Below are positions 24,222 to 40,925 of a stretch of 64,000 nucleotides of DNA, in pieces (position 1 is the first letter of the stretch; each line of letters opens with the position of its first letter). This DNA comes from Parasitella parasitica NRRL 2501 (lineage: Eukaryota > Fungi > Mucoromycota). The translations under genes were made by a program, and so were the position numbers. Below the pieces are notes generated by a model. That model had not been told where the DNA came from and made no database searches. It saw only the letters and a program-made list of their open reading frames with translations. Location of the stretch: positions 80,005 through 144,004 of the forward strand of contig MU619261.1 of assembly GCA_025201805.1 (NCBI GenBank), written 5' to 3'.

Positions 24222-27200
24222 TTAGAAGGTATTGAGGATAGGCATTCGTTTTCTTCCATTTGTAGAGGAGCCTTTGACTTCTTTGCTATCGATATGTGGA
24301 ACGCCAATCTCATCACATTTACTCAGAGAGAGGCTTAATCTGACAGCCATACGATATTCAAAATCGTACTTTGTAAATGTCATTGCCAATTGCCATAGCT
24401 TGCGACTCTTTTTGTAGTTTCCTAATCCCCAACTAGTGACGCCAGATTCTAGGTAGAAAAAAAAAAAAAAAAAAAAAAAAAAAGCATTAGATGTCTTGCA
24501 AATGATAACCGCCAAAACTTCTGTTCGTACCCCAATATGTAAATGGAACAACCCAATTTTCCTCTTTGATGCAGTCTTTGTGGTCGAGAATCCAATTTAA
24601 ATGAGCAATAGTCTCATCATATCTACCTAGCGAGTTCTGCACGGACGCTTTAATCAACAACAAAACGGCTCTTTGATCATAGTAATCAGGGGGCGTTACG
24701 GTTGGCACGAGTTCCTTCAGTCGAATGTTGTATTCAATCTTTTCTCTTTCATAAATCAGCTCTAGTGTATGCTGAACTAGGTCTAGGCACTTTTCAAGGC
24801 CTTCTTTCTCCATGTGCTCAAATGCATTCATCACCAGCAAAATCTCTAGTGCGGGCAAACTAAAATCCATATCTTGGTATCCACTCTTTTGGAAAAACGC
24901 TACTTTTTTAAGCACATAGGCATCTATATAAGTTTTTTTGTCGTTTGTGGGATCTTCAGCTAAAGCAGGGACCTCAGCAAATGCTAAAATGGCTTCCATA
25001 CGCTGGCCCATCATCTCGTAGCAGGTGCCCACAAAGTATTTGGAGAATGCAGGCGACCAGTAATTTTCGCGGCTTAGTTGCTCAAAGTACTGGGCAGCGC
25101 CTTCCCAATTCAGTTCCAAAGCTAGATTAAAGCCGATCTCATAGTCTGACATTTGCTTCATGGCGACTTCTGCCCATTCTCCTCTGCTTGATTCAGCTGC
25201 AAATGTAAATGACTGGGTTGAGAGAGGCAAGTTCCGCGCCACTCGAGCTATGCGAGCCGCAAAGTACAAGAAGAAGCAGGAATTTGGGTGGTTGCTTTGT
25301 GCGTCTAGTAGGCATTCAATGGCAGGACTCATCATATCTTTGGTGAACAGCTGAGGGGCAAACGAGGTCAGCACCGAGTAGTAAGCTAATAACCTATGAT
25401 AAAATGTCAGCATTGCATAGCCAGCATCAGTTTCTTACCTACGTAAGCGATGCCAAGGGAGCACGAATGCCGCGCCCTTCGAGACATAATTTGAGCAAGG
25501 CAAAGCCAAGCTGTTTGTCACTCTTCCACCCGAGAGCAGAAAAAATCTTGAGGATTTTGGGAGGCATGGATGATAAGATGAGATGAACAGCGCCAATACC
25601 AAACTGAATAGCAGAGACAGTGTCGCAATCCATGTATTTCGTGTATTCTTGTCCCATCCTTTTGTACTCTTGCCAGACAATACCATAACTGTTGTAGGCT
25701 ACAGGTGGTGATTAGTAAAGTCCCGTGGGTAGAAATGAGATATCCTTACCTCTTCTTATGTTTAATCCGCATTTAAGATATCCAACAACACTCTCTTGGG
25801 TCATTTGAAGAATGCCCATTAATAGGCAGCACTCTGCTTTCACAACATGGGCTCTTAATACACCGTTGGGGATGAATGCACTAGGATCAGAAGTACCGCC
25901 ACTGCTGTTGGGCATCGACATGGCGGAAGGATTTGCTGGTAACCCTGTATTGTTGGAAGAGAGCAAGGACGTAAAGTACTGACTCACTGTATCTTTGAAT
26001 GGCTTTTTGAATGAGGTGTTGTCTATTTGCGTCTTGGCTATAGTATATGCGGTTGCTAGTGCACTCATGGCTATCTCAATATCTGAATCATGGTATGTCT
26101 GCAAAAAGGTGGTTAGTAATTGCTTGTGAGTGCTGGTTCGATATGGATTACCATGATTGCTATTTAAAAAGAAGGTGAGTATATACATCCAAGGGTATAA
26201 TTTGCTCAAATTCTTCGCCTACCTTTGATGAACGCCATTGCACCGAGCCCCAATGCATACAGAGGATCACTAAAAGTCCTTGTCAGTGTTCCACATCTCT
26301 ATTAACAAATAACCGCACTTACACGCTAGCTTTGGTCTGAAAAGCGTACTTTGCCTTCATAAATTTGTTGTCAAACAAATACTTTATTCCTTCTCGCACA
26401 GGTTCATCTAAAGCCCAGTTGTTAACAGCTCGAATAAGTCTGTATTCTGTATGCTTACTTGCCTGCTTTTTCTTGCTCGTAAGGCTTTAGATTATTAGCC
26501 GGAATGTCTTTGGGGTCTATTGCTTTAATAGATATGACATTATCCCTGAACATGTCCAAGTCAATTGGCTCCTCGATTGGGTACTCAAACTCTGTGCTGT
26601 ACTTTGCACGGTCGTAATCCTCTGGCGAAATATGATCATCTGCCTCAGCTACTCTTGGTTTTTCAGTAATGACATGTTTCGCTGACTCCTCCACAGCAGG
26701 TAGAATGGCAGCCAAATGATTGAACGCTGGTTTTTCAGCTTCAGATTCTTCTTGGCTTATTGTAAGGGTTGATTCCGCTGTAGTTGACGTATCGTGAGAT
26801 GATCTGGTCGTTGCGGATTGCTGGTGAGTCTTTGTATCTTTGTCGGTGTGATCTATGTTTGGTTCTTCACGAGTGCCTTGAATAGTCTCATCCTCAATCA
26901 TAGTAATGGGAATCACAGCAGCTTGTGTTTCCATTGCGGGAGGTGTAGCTTCGTTCTCCTCTTTGTGCTCTGGTTGTTCTGCTGTCGTGAGAATTCCAAC
27001 AACAACTGATTGTTTGAGGGGCTCCTCAGAAATCTCAGCGATAGGTTCGGGAGGAACATATGAATTCTCGGCTGGAATGGGTTCATATGTTGCGGGTCTT
27101 TCAGGAACAGATTCTTCCACGGCAAAGCTCTCTGCTTTTGCAGGAGTATTGATAGGTGCCGAAACTACTTCCAGTGCTTCAACCACAGCAACAAGATCAG

Positions 27201-27799
27201 ATGAAGGTGGAGGAGATCCATTCTGCTCCTCCTTCACTTCTGCATCCTCTTGTTTCTCGTTTTCCTGGGGATCCATTAACGAAGCGTTGTCTCCTTCATC
27301 GTCATCATCCGAAAGTCCATGATTTTGTAAGGCTGGTAAGATGACTGACATCCGGGTGGGATTGTTCTTGTTTGGCGGCTCTGCCTCCTCAACTGCTTGT
27401 TCTTGTCCGTCGTCATTGTTTGTTGTATTATGTCTTTTATCTCGGGCAATAGCCATCTTTTTCATCTTTTCAACCTCTTTTCTCCTCTCGTCTTCCATAG
27501 GGTCTTCGTCTTGGAAATAGTTGTCGTCTTCGTCTTCGTCCTCTTCCTCTTCCTCACTTAGGGCATCTTCAAAATTATCGCTTGTCAAAGAAGATGATCG
27601 AGATCTGCTTACGATGTCTTTTGATTTCTATAAAAGTTGTTAATCATGATGTCTCAGAGCACTGTTGTGTTTTGTAAATCACCTTTGATTCGGCAGTCTT
27701 GCGCGACTCTTGAGATGCAATGGAGGCGGGTTTGTCTTCATCAGTTGCCTTTTTTTGAATACCTTTCCAAGCAGTCTTTTTGTTTGAGCCTTTCGCCAT
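24222..27799 (-). CDS. IML2: Iml2/TTC39-family TPR protein with a long acidic low-complexity N-terminus
   Basis: LRAHVVKAECCLLMG, FGIGAVHLILSSMPP, ENYWSPAFSKYF, WVVPFTYWE, YDFEYRMAVRL; ATG at 27799 (MAKGSNKK). Confidence 0.8.
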
Positions 27800-28293
27800 C
27801 TGATTGTGTGGATTGTGTTGGTAGATTGATTGATTTTTGGGCTACTTTTTTAAAAGAAGAAGAAATAGAAAGAAAAAAAAAAAAACAAAGGAGGAATATT
27901 TTTACTTTGTAAAGCTTAAATGGTATAATTTGTGTGCACATGAAATAAATTGCTTTGTGTTGCACAGTTTGTAAATTAAACGGAATACAGATTTCTATAT
28001 AGTTGTTATGACTATGTAATGTCTTGAGAGCTTGTTTACCACAGGGGCGGAAAGGAGATTCAGCATATGCTTAGATTAAATGTCTCCTTAAACCCTGGCT
28101 TGAGTTATTGGGTATAGATCATTACGACTGATGGGATAAGGCTATCATATGATAAATTGATCCATTTCAAAACTCGGAACTTCAAGTCCTGAAACGCCAT
28201 CCACCACAATTGCGATGCTTGCATGAGTATAAAAATTCGCTTTGTTTCTTGTCTTCCTTTTACTTTTAAACATAACACCTCGAGATATTAAAT

Positions 28294-29627
28294 ATGCCAC
28301 AGAATAATCAGACAAAGCTTGTTATCCTGGGAGGCGGTGCAGCAGGATTGATGGTTGCTATGCAACTTGCAAAAACAAAATACCTCGAAATCACATTGAT
28401 TGATAGTAAAGTAGGGTTGCTCGAACTGTGGGTCATCCTATAAGAGTAGCTGTTTAACGCTTGTATAGTCTTTTTATGAATACACTCCGGCTCTCTGCTC
28501 TGTTCTATTTGAACCTACAGATAAAGCATTTGAAAGACACTTTGATAGCATCACTTTTGACTATGCACCTTATCTGGCCAGCCTTAAAATCAAGTTTATT
28601 CTCGGCAAGATTGCTTCCGTCAAAGAAGGAAAGGGTATATATTTATTAAGCAATATTGATGTAATATTTGTTTAAAAGGCAAATAGTTAATTTGGTAGGT
28701 CAATCACAAGCAGTAGAGTACGACTATGCTGTTATATGTACAGGATCAAGCTACGCCGATCCATGGAAAACAGCCCCATCCGAAGATGGCAATACTCTGG
28801 ATGCTGCAGCAAGACTCGATTTTTTGCGTCAACACAGACAAAATTACCAAGCATCTCAGGATATCCTTTGCATTGGCGGCGGGCCTGTTGGCGTTGAAAC
28901 TGCTACCGAAATAGCCTGCCGATCACCCACCAAGAAGATTACCTTGATAGACTCCAACGAAACAGTGCTTGCTAGTGCACCTGCCAATTTAGGTCAACAC
29001 GCACAAACCATTATTGATGCAAAACCTTCCATCCGCAGTATTCACAACGAACGAGCCTATGAAAAGGGGAAAAGAGGAGACAAGTCGATTTATGAGACAA
29101 ATCAATCTCACACTATTATTGATGCACATCTTGTATACAACTGTATAGGCACAACTCCCAATTCCACTTTCTTGGATGGCGCCTGGTTGGACAACAAGAA
29201 ACAAGTAATTGTAGACGATACACTTAAAGTCCATGGGACCGCAAATTTGTTTGCTGTAGGCGATGTAAATTCTGTACGGGAGCCCAAGATGTTCTACACG
29301 GCGCATATGCAGGCTGTTCATTTTGCTAAAAACATGCGTCGTATTCTCAAGAATACAGCCCGAGAAGAGCTACTTCTTCCATACCAAGGCTCGAAAATAA
29401 ACATGGTGGTATCTTTGGGACCTTCGCATGCTGTGGCCCATGTTTCTGGTATCAACTTGACCGGCTGGCCTTTTGGGACTAAACACGGTAGTCGAATTGC
29501 AGCCTTAACAAAGTATTTTATTGAGCGCATTACAATGGACGATCTTGGGTTAAAGATTCCTGTGAATAAGCTGTTATATTACACTCAAGAAAAAGGACAT
29601 GGAGGTCTTCATCTGCATTCATCTTGA
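28294..29627 (+). CDS. AIFM2/AMID-like FAD-dependent NAD(P)H oxidoreductase
   Basis: VILGGGAAG, ICTGSSY, IGGGPVGVE, FAVGD. Confidence 0.88.
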
Positions 29628-29815
29628 ATACAATTTAGTTTTTTTTTTACGCTTAATAAACCATGCAAATCCCAAATATCATTGAACATGTACATGTACA
29701 ATCAATATGAAATCGCGCCTACTAGCTGGTTTTTTGTGCCCAGTTAAAATCCAGAATTAGCATTTGAAATAGGGAATTTATTGTGTTCTTTTTAATCATA
29801 TTATCTTTTTGAAAA

Positions 29816-31519
29816 ATGAACAATCCGGCAGCACAGAGCACACTATCTGTTCTATCACTCAATTGTTGGTAAGTCAGAGTGAAATCACTCACATGCATTA
29901 GCTTGAATACATGATGAACAAATATTTGCAAAGGGGCCTAAATATTGTTGCCAAAAAGCGTAAATTTCGACTTGCAGCTATTGCCGACCGCGTGAGCCAA
30001 GAAGAATATGACATTGTAGCCTTACAAGAAGTTTGGATGTGGCAAGACTTTGACTACATCAAAGAAAAGTCTCGAGACTCATTACCTTTTACAAAATACT
30101 TTCATAGGCAGGTATATAAATATATAAATATATGTATTTGTATCAAAAGCCCTCTTAAGGCAGCTTGTATTGATTGCTTATTATCATAGTGGAACGCTTG
30201 GCAGTGGATTAGTCATTTTATCTCGCTTCCCAATTTTATCATCATCATACCTGAAATTCACCTTGGCTGGCAAGCCATTAAAGATATTCCAGGGAGATTT
30301 TTATGTTGGAAAAGGTTGTGGTTCTGTATGCATTGATCATCCTGAAATCGGACTAATGGATGTCTACACAACGCATGTATGCATATGAATTGTAATGTTC
30401 GCTGCGCACTCGATACTGATACATGTCTTTATGCAGTTGCAAGCTAGTTATGGAAATCACGATGATTATGAGGCACAAAGGATAACTGAGTGCTGGCAAA
30501 TAGCCAATAGCGTAAGATCATCAGCTGCCCAAGGTAGACATATTATTCTGGTGAGTCCATAATGGGGACAAAGTGACAAACAGACCATTCACATAATTCA
30601 GGCTGGTGATTTTAATAGTATTCCTACCAGCTACTGCTACCAAATACTCAAAAACCATGCATTTATGGCAGATTCGTGGCTGGAATTGCACAAGGATACA
30701 ATGGCAGACAGTCTTGACCAACTCAAGAGAAACCAATTGACCGCTTCCGAATGTATACAATTATTTGGAATAACATGCGATTCTCCGTTAGATACATGGA
30801 CTAAGCATTTACTGAAGCAGCAGCCATACGCTAAAGACGTTGGCGATAGACTGGACTATATCTTTTACAGACGTACACCAGAAATCAAATGCCAGCAATC
30901 CAAAGTGTCCTTTGAAGAATACATACCAGATACACAGATGAGTTTTTCTGACCACTTTGCTGTTCACTCCACATTCACTATATCTGCAAAAGCAAACAGT
31001 GCATTTGAAAACGATTATGCACCTGTTCCAAAGCAAATTGCCAGACCTGATTACACAAAAATATTACCAGAAACTCTCCATCCCATCATTCGCATCCTGG
31101 AAAGAGATCTGCTAAGGGCCACATCAACAGCAAACAGTCTGCTATTTCTCTTTGCCCTTTCAAATGTCACTGTGTTTGGTTTATATGCTTCTCAAATTGC
31201 AATCCCAGTCTATTTTACAAATCAACCTCAAATTGCGGTGATATCAAGCGTTGTTTGTGGATCGCTCATCATTATTCTCTCAGTTATTAGCGTTGTGTCA
31301 CTCATAGTAGGATTTGTATTCGGGAGAAACGAACAACGGTCTTTACGGCAGTATTTGATTGATATAAATGTATGTTTGGATAACTTACAAGAGACAAATG
31401 GAAGAAGTGGGTCTATCACGGCAGCAGCAGCAGCAGCAGCAGCATCTGCTTCGAGTATGCATTCATGTTCTACATCGGATGGACTAGTCATCAAACACAT
31501 CGGCATCAATAGAAAATAA
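29816..31519 (+). CDS. ISC1: Inositol phosphosphingolipid phospholipase C / neutral sphingomyelinase
   Basis: SLNCW|GL, VALQEVW, GDFYVGKG, AGDFN, RLDYIF, SDHFAV; two C-terminal TM helices. Confidence 0.9.
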
Positions 31520-31530
31520 ACCTTCATATT

Positions 31531-34470
<2,940 letters not shown>

Positions 34471-36332
34471 GAATAATTTTGTTAATGAAAAACAAAACAA
34501 AAAAAAGCAAAAAAAAAAAAAGCAACTCATTTGGTTTATATAGTCACTTGCTCTGTACAATCCACCGCGTTTTCATAGCTAATCTCAAGATGTACTTTAC
34601 ACAATACACTTTAAAAAAAAAACTTCCCATATTGTACATAGTATAGATCAAGTAATTATACTATTGAACTTGAAAAGAATATTTCAGTGATTACATTGAT
34701 TGCTCCTAATGCAGACATGTTGTTGAACAATCCATTTGAAAGGTGTTCTTCATATCGCATCCGTACTGGGCTTGATGCTTACACCTCAAAAAAAGAATAA
34801 TAAAAATGTGGTGGAGCGCTGAATATCATTTTTTATGGTAATTGTGCACTCCCACTTTGAATTTAATGAAAGATTTAATTGATCATGTATGCGATGACAC
34901 CATCGTGGTATTATGATGCATATAAAATGTATGACAAGAGGGAGACTCAAAGTAATAGTATAGGCCATGCGAACGCATCTCTCTACATGACAATATAAAG
35001 TTCAATTTAGCTTTTATCTTAAAAGATAGACAGTGTGTACACATAATAGCACATATAATATCCACGTTTTATACATCGATCATCCTTTCATGCGATATAG
35101 GATCTTGAGTTACCACATTTGTTGGTTCTACGAGTGCATTAGCTGGATGTGGAGGAGTATCTGTTTTTGGAAAACTTTCTGCATTTGGTGTGGCAGCTGT
35201 ATTTGTACAAACTTTACCATTCGGCTCAATAAGCGCATTAGGTACTGTAGTAATTTAGCGTTTGGATCTACAAGCACTTTGGGTAGCGGATCAGTATTGG
35301 GCACAGCAACGTCAACTTCTGCTTTTGGTGGATCAGCATAATGTAAAATATAACAAAGGGGTTTAATATTCAAGACTTGTGGAGTATATCAGGACTAACC
35401 ATGAGACCTTGTACAAGAAGCTTTGAAATAACCGTGATATAACAATTAACAATGTTGCGAGAAATTTTTCGTTCTTCGACTTCTCTCCTTCTAATGACAC
35501 GCCACTCATTGTTCTTCTCATCATCGCGCCATACTTGATGAAGGCGACCTTTTTAAAAAATTATTGTTCTTTTAATAATGATATGATCGTGGCCCAAATA
35601 TTATGTAGCTTTCAAAAAGCCTTTATTTTGCTACGACGAATACACCAACATTTTGAGGTATCAATTCTAAAATCCGGATGCCATTATAATACGGATCCCA
35701 TATCAAAGAATAAAACATCGGATCTTTAAATAATATATTTTCCATATGATAAATCTGAACATGACATGACATATGAGATAGTTTACAATCTATCCCATCT
35801 CCCATATACCATCACTTGAATTTTTATCTTTACATTGCTTCACTCAGTTTGTAGAAAGTATAAATCACTTTATTTTAGAATATAATAAATGGATCTTTAC
35901 TTTGATTTAAGGATTCAATTTTTAGATGAAGGTTTTTCAGATATAGCAATTGATCCAGCTTTATTGTAGTATTAATATTTGTTAATATAGATAATTTAAA
36001 TGACATTTACCGATTCCAATTTTTGGCTAATTAATAAGTTGCTTTTTTGAAGAAAGAGATGGAGTGATAGGTTGTGTTTTTAGATTATTTATATATATAT
36101 AAATATGGTAAAGCAATGGCAATTTCATTAGTTCAGTAATTCTCAAGTACTCAGTTTAATCTGTTTAACCTGTTTCCTATCTCATAAATATCACTTGCGT
36201 GTGCTGCTATTTTCGAGTAGAATACAGGATAGATATCTGCTGTAGATTTTTTAGTATGTGTTAAGAAAAAAAATAATAAAACGTTCATAATTTGTTTTTT
36301 TTATTTTTTTATTATTATTATTTAAAACATCT

Positions 36333-37884
36333 CTAAGCTGTAGAGCCCAAGACACCCATCTTTTCCAATGAGCGAGAGCCCATTTCCTCCCATTCTTGTT
36401 TAGTAACCCACCAACTATCCTTATCCTTCATGATATCAGCAAGCACAGCGCCACCGAGATATACCATATGTTTACGTCTAGGAGGATCCTCGATACGGAT
36501 TTTAAATTTCTATATGAAAGGGTTACTTTTACAAAATCAAAGATATGCAAACTGTCCACCCACATTTAATCGACTTGCATCACCGTTTAATACATTTGTA
36601 AGATAGAGTTGCTTCATTTCTTTTTCTAGACGACTGGGTAAACCAGGATACATGGTTGAACCACCAGAAAGAACAATATGTTTATAAAGATCAGCACGAA
36701 TGTCAATATCAGCAGATTGGATTGTGTTGAAGAGCATTTCTATAATTCATTTTAGCTTTGCACTTTTTTTTTCCTTCGTTCTAAATTTACCAGCCATGCC
36801 AGGTGCTTCGACATCAATCAAATTAGGTTGGAATAAACACTCGGGAGCTTCGAAACGTTCAGATCCCACCTTGATAACACGACCATCCGGAAGCTCGTAG
36901 CTTTCGACTAATGTTGTTGTCTCATTACCTAATTTTTGATCTAATTCGAGATCGTAACTAGATGCGTGATATCAATAGGGCTGTCCTTGGGTTGGGTGTG
37001 ATCATTCATGAATATCTCTCTACCTGACATAACTGAATTTCTCTTTAATTTGACGAACAGTTTCAAAATCAGCGGTACGATTGAATGCATAACCTCGCAA
37101 AAGTAATAATTTGATCAAATATCTTGTAACATGACGGCCAGCAACATCAAGACGACGTGTCAAATTAGCAGGCGCATATCCTTGATAAACAGGCACCTAC
37201 ATATGCAAATCGCATGAGTTTCAAAGGTAAGTCTTGGCTTTTTTTTTAATCAAAGATGTCTACTCACAATATGTGTAACACCGTCACCAGAATCCACAAC
37301 TACACCAGACATAAGGCCTAATATGCATATAAAAAACTAAATAAACTACCACAGCGCACGCATAATTATAAAGCGTCAACAAACCTTGCGCGAAAAGAGT
37401 CAGTACAGCTTGAATAGCTACATAAATACCCTGGAATCCGTACTCTTCAAACATAATTTGGGCCATTTTTTCACGATTCTGCTTGGGATTCATGGGAGCT
37501 TCGGTTAACAAAATCTTTGAATCTCTTGGATCAATCTTGAGCTGTTCATCGAAGGTGTAGTTCCATAAGTGGCGCATATCTTCCCAGTTACGAATGATAC
37601 CATTTTCCATAGGATAAGACATTTGTAGGATGTTTCTGAGCTGAGCAGCTTCCTCGCCGACCATAATGTCTTTTACTTGAAGGTTGCCAACTCGCTCTTC
37701 AGCACGCAAGATGGGTCGACCGACAACACTAGGAAATACATGCTCAGGAAAGTTGGAGCCTGCATAACCGCACTTGACAAACTAGCAAAGAACGCGTTTT
37801 AAAAGTTTGGTTGAATATTAGCTATTTAGCATGTTCACTTACACCTGTACCGTTATCTACAACAAGTGTATTTGTGGCATTCAT
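36333..37884 (-). CDS. ARP2: Actin-related protein 2
   Basis: [63 protein letters not shown]. Confidence 0.95.
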
Positions 37885-38639
37885 TTTCAAAGTAGAAATT
37901 GAGAAGAAGAAGAAGAAAAAAAAAAAAAAAAGAAGATGAATGTGTGAGTGGCCCCACTAGGCAAGAAGCAAATTAATATGTTGGCAATACAATAATTGAA
38001 GCTCCATTTCAGCTTTTTGAATGGTTTCTTAAATTTCCGCATCATATATACCAAATTACGTCAATGGGTAATGACAAGATGAGACACTGTATTGTTACGA
38101 CAAAAGAAAGAATTTGTGCCTGGTTCGTGTTATTGTTAAATAAAGATTTTAATGACGGCAAGAGTGAATATACATTTTAGTAATTTTTTGTCTGTGTCAA
38201 CGATACTGAATGTTTGTATGCGACTCTTGTATACAAAAAACGAGCGAAATAATCGTATATCTATATGAAGCTTGCATAATGAGCTTCTTGAACATGTCAC
38301 CATGGCAACCTTTTAATCCATGGAATGCGTAAGATATGATAGGCAATGAGTGCTTTGAATTAGGATTGACAAAACAGTCTGATTATCGCTAATATTTATC
38401 TGATTTTTGGCGCATTGCTAGTAGAATGAATCGATGGGATGGCCTGAACCTATTTATCAGATTGGAAGCATCTTCTTTAAATTCATGACGTAGACAACAA
38501 CAAGATGTTTAGAGCCCCACCCCCCTCCCCTTCAATTCAAAGACCCCTCGAAAAATTCTGGGGAAGCTAAAAACGTTAAATAGATTGCAAAGGAGGGATA
38601 GTCTTCACTCTTTCTTGTTTTAAACATTATCTTACAACA

Positions 38640-38848
38640 ATGCTTAGAAACGTTGCTCGTATCGCCCGTCCTTTAGCTGTTCGTAGCTTGGCTCCTGCAG
38701 TAAGCATTCACAGAAACAAAGAAACAGAGAAAAATGTGATTGCAAAAAGATTCCATCTCGTATTATTAGCCACCACATCCCAGAAGAAAAAAAAAAAAAT
38801 CCAACTTACACTAAAGACCAACACATGGTTACCAACACACATCCGCAG

Positions 38849-38879
<31 letters not shown>

Positions 38880-40780
38880 CATTCGCTTACTGCAATTTTC
38901 ATTTATGACATTTGGCAGGGGAAATATCCATACATTTTGCTAGACATCTTGGTTCTGCTACAACCCAATTCATTAATAATGTGGAATTTATAATGATACG
39001 AGATGGACTTTTTGATCATATTTTTTTTTGCCTCTGTAAACAATTGCAGTCAACTAATTTCTTCTTTTAGGCCCGTCTTAATCTCGGTGCTATTGCTACT
39101 GCCGCTCGTGGTTATGCTTCTGCCAAGCCTTCCACTTCTGAAGTCTCTTCTATCCTTGAACAACGTATCTTGGGCGCCAACTCTGAAGTCGACCTTCAAG
39201 AAACTGGTCGTGTCTTGTCCATTGGTGATGGTATTGCTCGTGTCTACGGTCTCAAAAATTGTCAGGCTGAAGAGATGGTTGAATTCTCCAGTGGTCTCAA
39301 GGTAAATATCACCGTTTTTTCAATGTTTAATTGGAAAAAAAAACTCAATCAATTGGCTTGTAGGGTATGGCTCTTAACTTGGAAGCTGATAACGTCGGTA
39401 TTGTCGTTTTCGGTAACGATCGTTTGATCAAGGAAGGTGATACTGTCAAGCGTACTGGTGCTATTGTCGATGTCCCAATTGGCCCTGGTATCCTTGGTCG
39501 TGTTGTTGATGCTCTTGGTAACCCCATCGATGGTAAGGGCCCTCTTGACACTGTTGGCCGTTCTCGTGTCCAAGTCAAGGCTCCTGGTATTTTGCCCCGT
39601 CACTCTGTTAACGAGCCTATGCAAACTGGTATCAAATCCGTTGATTCCATGGTCCCTATCGGTCGTGGTCAGCGTGAATTGATTATTGGTGATCGTCAAA
39701 CTGGTAAGACTGCTGTTGCCCTCGATACCATTTTGAACCAAAAGAACTGGAACAACGGTTCCGATGAGGCCAAGAAGTTGTACTGTATCTACGTTGCTGT
39801 TGGCCAAAAGCGTTCTACTGTTGCTCAACTTGTAAGAACTCTCGAAGAGAATGGTGAGGATATTCTTTTTTTCTTTTGATGTATTGTTATTGACGTCAGA
39901 ACTAACGTCGTGTCGATTAGATGCCATGAAGTACACCATTGTTGTTGCTGCCACCGCCTCTGAAGCTGCTCCTCTTCAATACCTTGCTCCTTTCTCTGGT
40001 GCTGCTTTTGGTGAGTGGTTCCGTGACAACGGTCGCCACTCTTTGATCATCTATGACGATTTGTCCAAGCAAGCCGTTGCTTACCGTCAAATGTCCCTTT
40101 TGCTTCGTCGTCCTCCTGGTCGTGAAGCTTACCCTGGTGATGTTTTCTACCTTCACTCTCGTCTTTTGGAACGTGCTGCCAAGATGAACAAGAACTTTGG
40201 CTATGGCTCCATGACCGCTCTTCCCATCATCGAAACCCAAGGTGGTGATGTCTCTGCTTATATTCCCACTAACGTCATCTCCATCACTGATGGCCAAATT
40301 TTCTTGGAAGCTGAACTCTTCTTCAAGGGTATCCGTCCCGCAATTAACGTCGGTCTTTCCGTCTCTCGTGTCGGTTCCGCTGCCCAAACCAAGGCTATGA
40401 AGCAAGTTGCTGGTTCCATGAAGCTTTTCTTGGCCCAGTATCGTGAAGTCGCCGCCTTTGCTCAATTCGGTTCTGATTTGGATGCCTCCACCCAATTCTT
40501 GTTGAACCGTGGTGCCCGTCTCACTGAATTGCTGAAGCAACCTCAATACTCTCCCTTGTCTATCCAAGCTCAAGTCCCCATCATCTTTGCTGGTGTCAAC
40601 GGTTTCCTTGATAAGATCCCCGTCAACAAGGTTGTCGACTGGGAAAAGGACTTTATTAGCCACGTTGCTACTCAACACAGCGATGTCCTTGAGGAAATCC
40701 GTACCAAGGGTGTCATCTCCAAGGAGCTCGAGACCAAGCTCCGTGATGTTTGCGATAACCATGCCAAGGGTTTCTATTAA
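38640..40780 (+). CDS. ATP1: Mitochondrial F1 ATP synthase alpha subunit (nuclear-encoded)
   Basis: Presequence [10 protein letters not shown]; GDRQTGKT; [23 protein letters not shown]. Confidence 0.98.
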
Positions 40781-40925
40781 TTTATAATGTGATGACCAAT
40801 CTTTTTTTCCCTCGTAACTATGTAAAAAGAGATGAGGTATGAAAGAAAAGAAAGAGAAGATAAAAAAAAAAAGCAACTCTACACTTTGTTACAAGATTAA
40901 AACCATAATAAACTTTTTGATTTTA

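Noticed and set aside
38700-39070. Unusually long first ATP1 intron as a possible snoRNA host
   Set aside because: No convincing C/D or H/ACA box pair; it contains only an (AT)n tract.
39349-40876. Long antisense ORFs over ATP1 (also 1990-2607 over LAT1 and 62901-63395 over PRX1)
   Set aside because: Shadow ORFs caused by strong codon bias in highly expressed genes.
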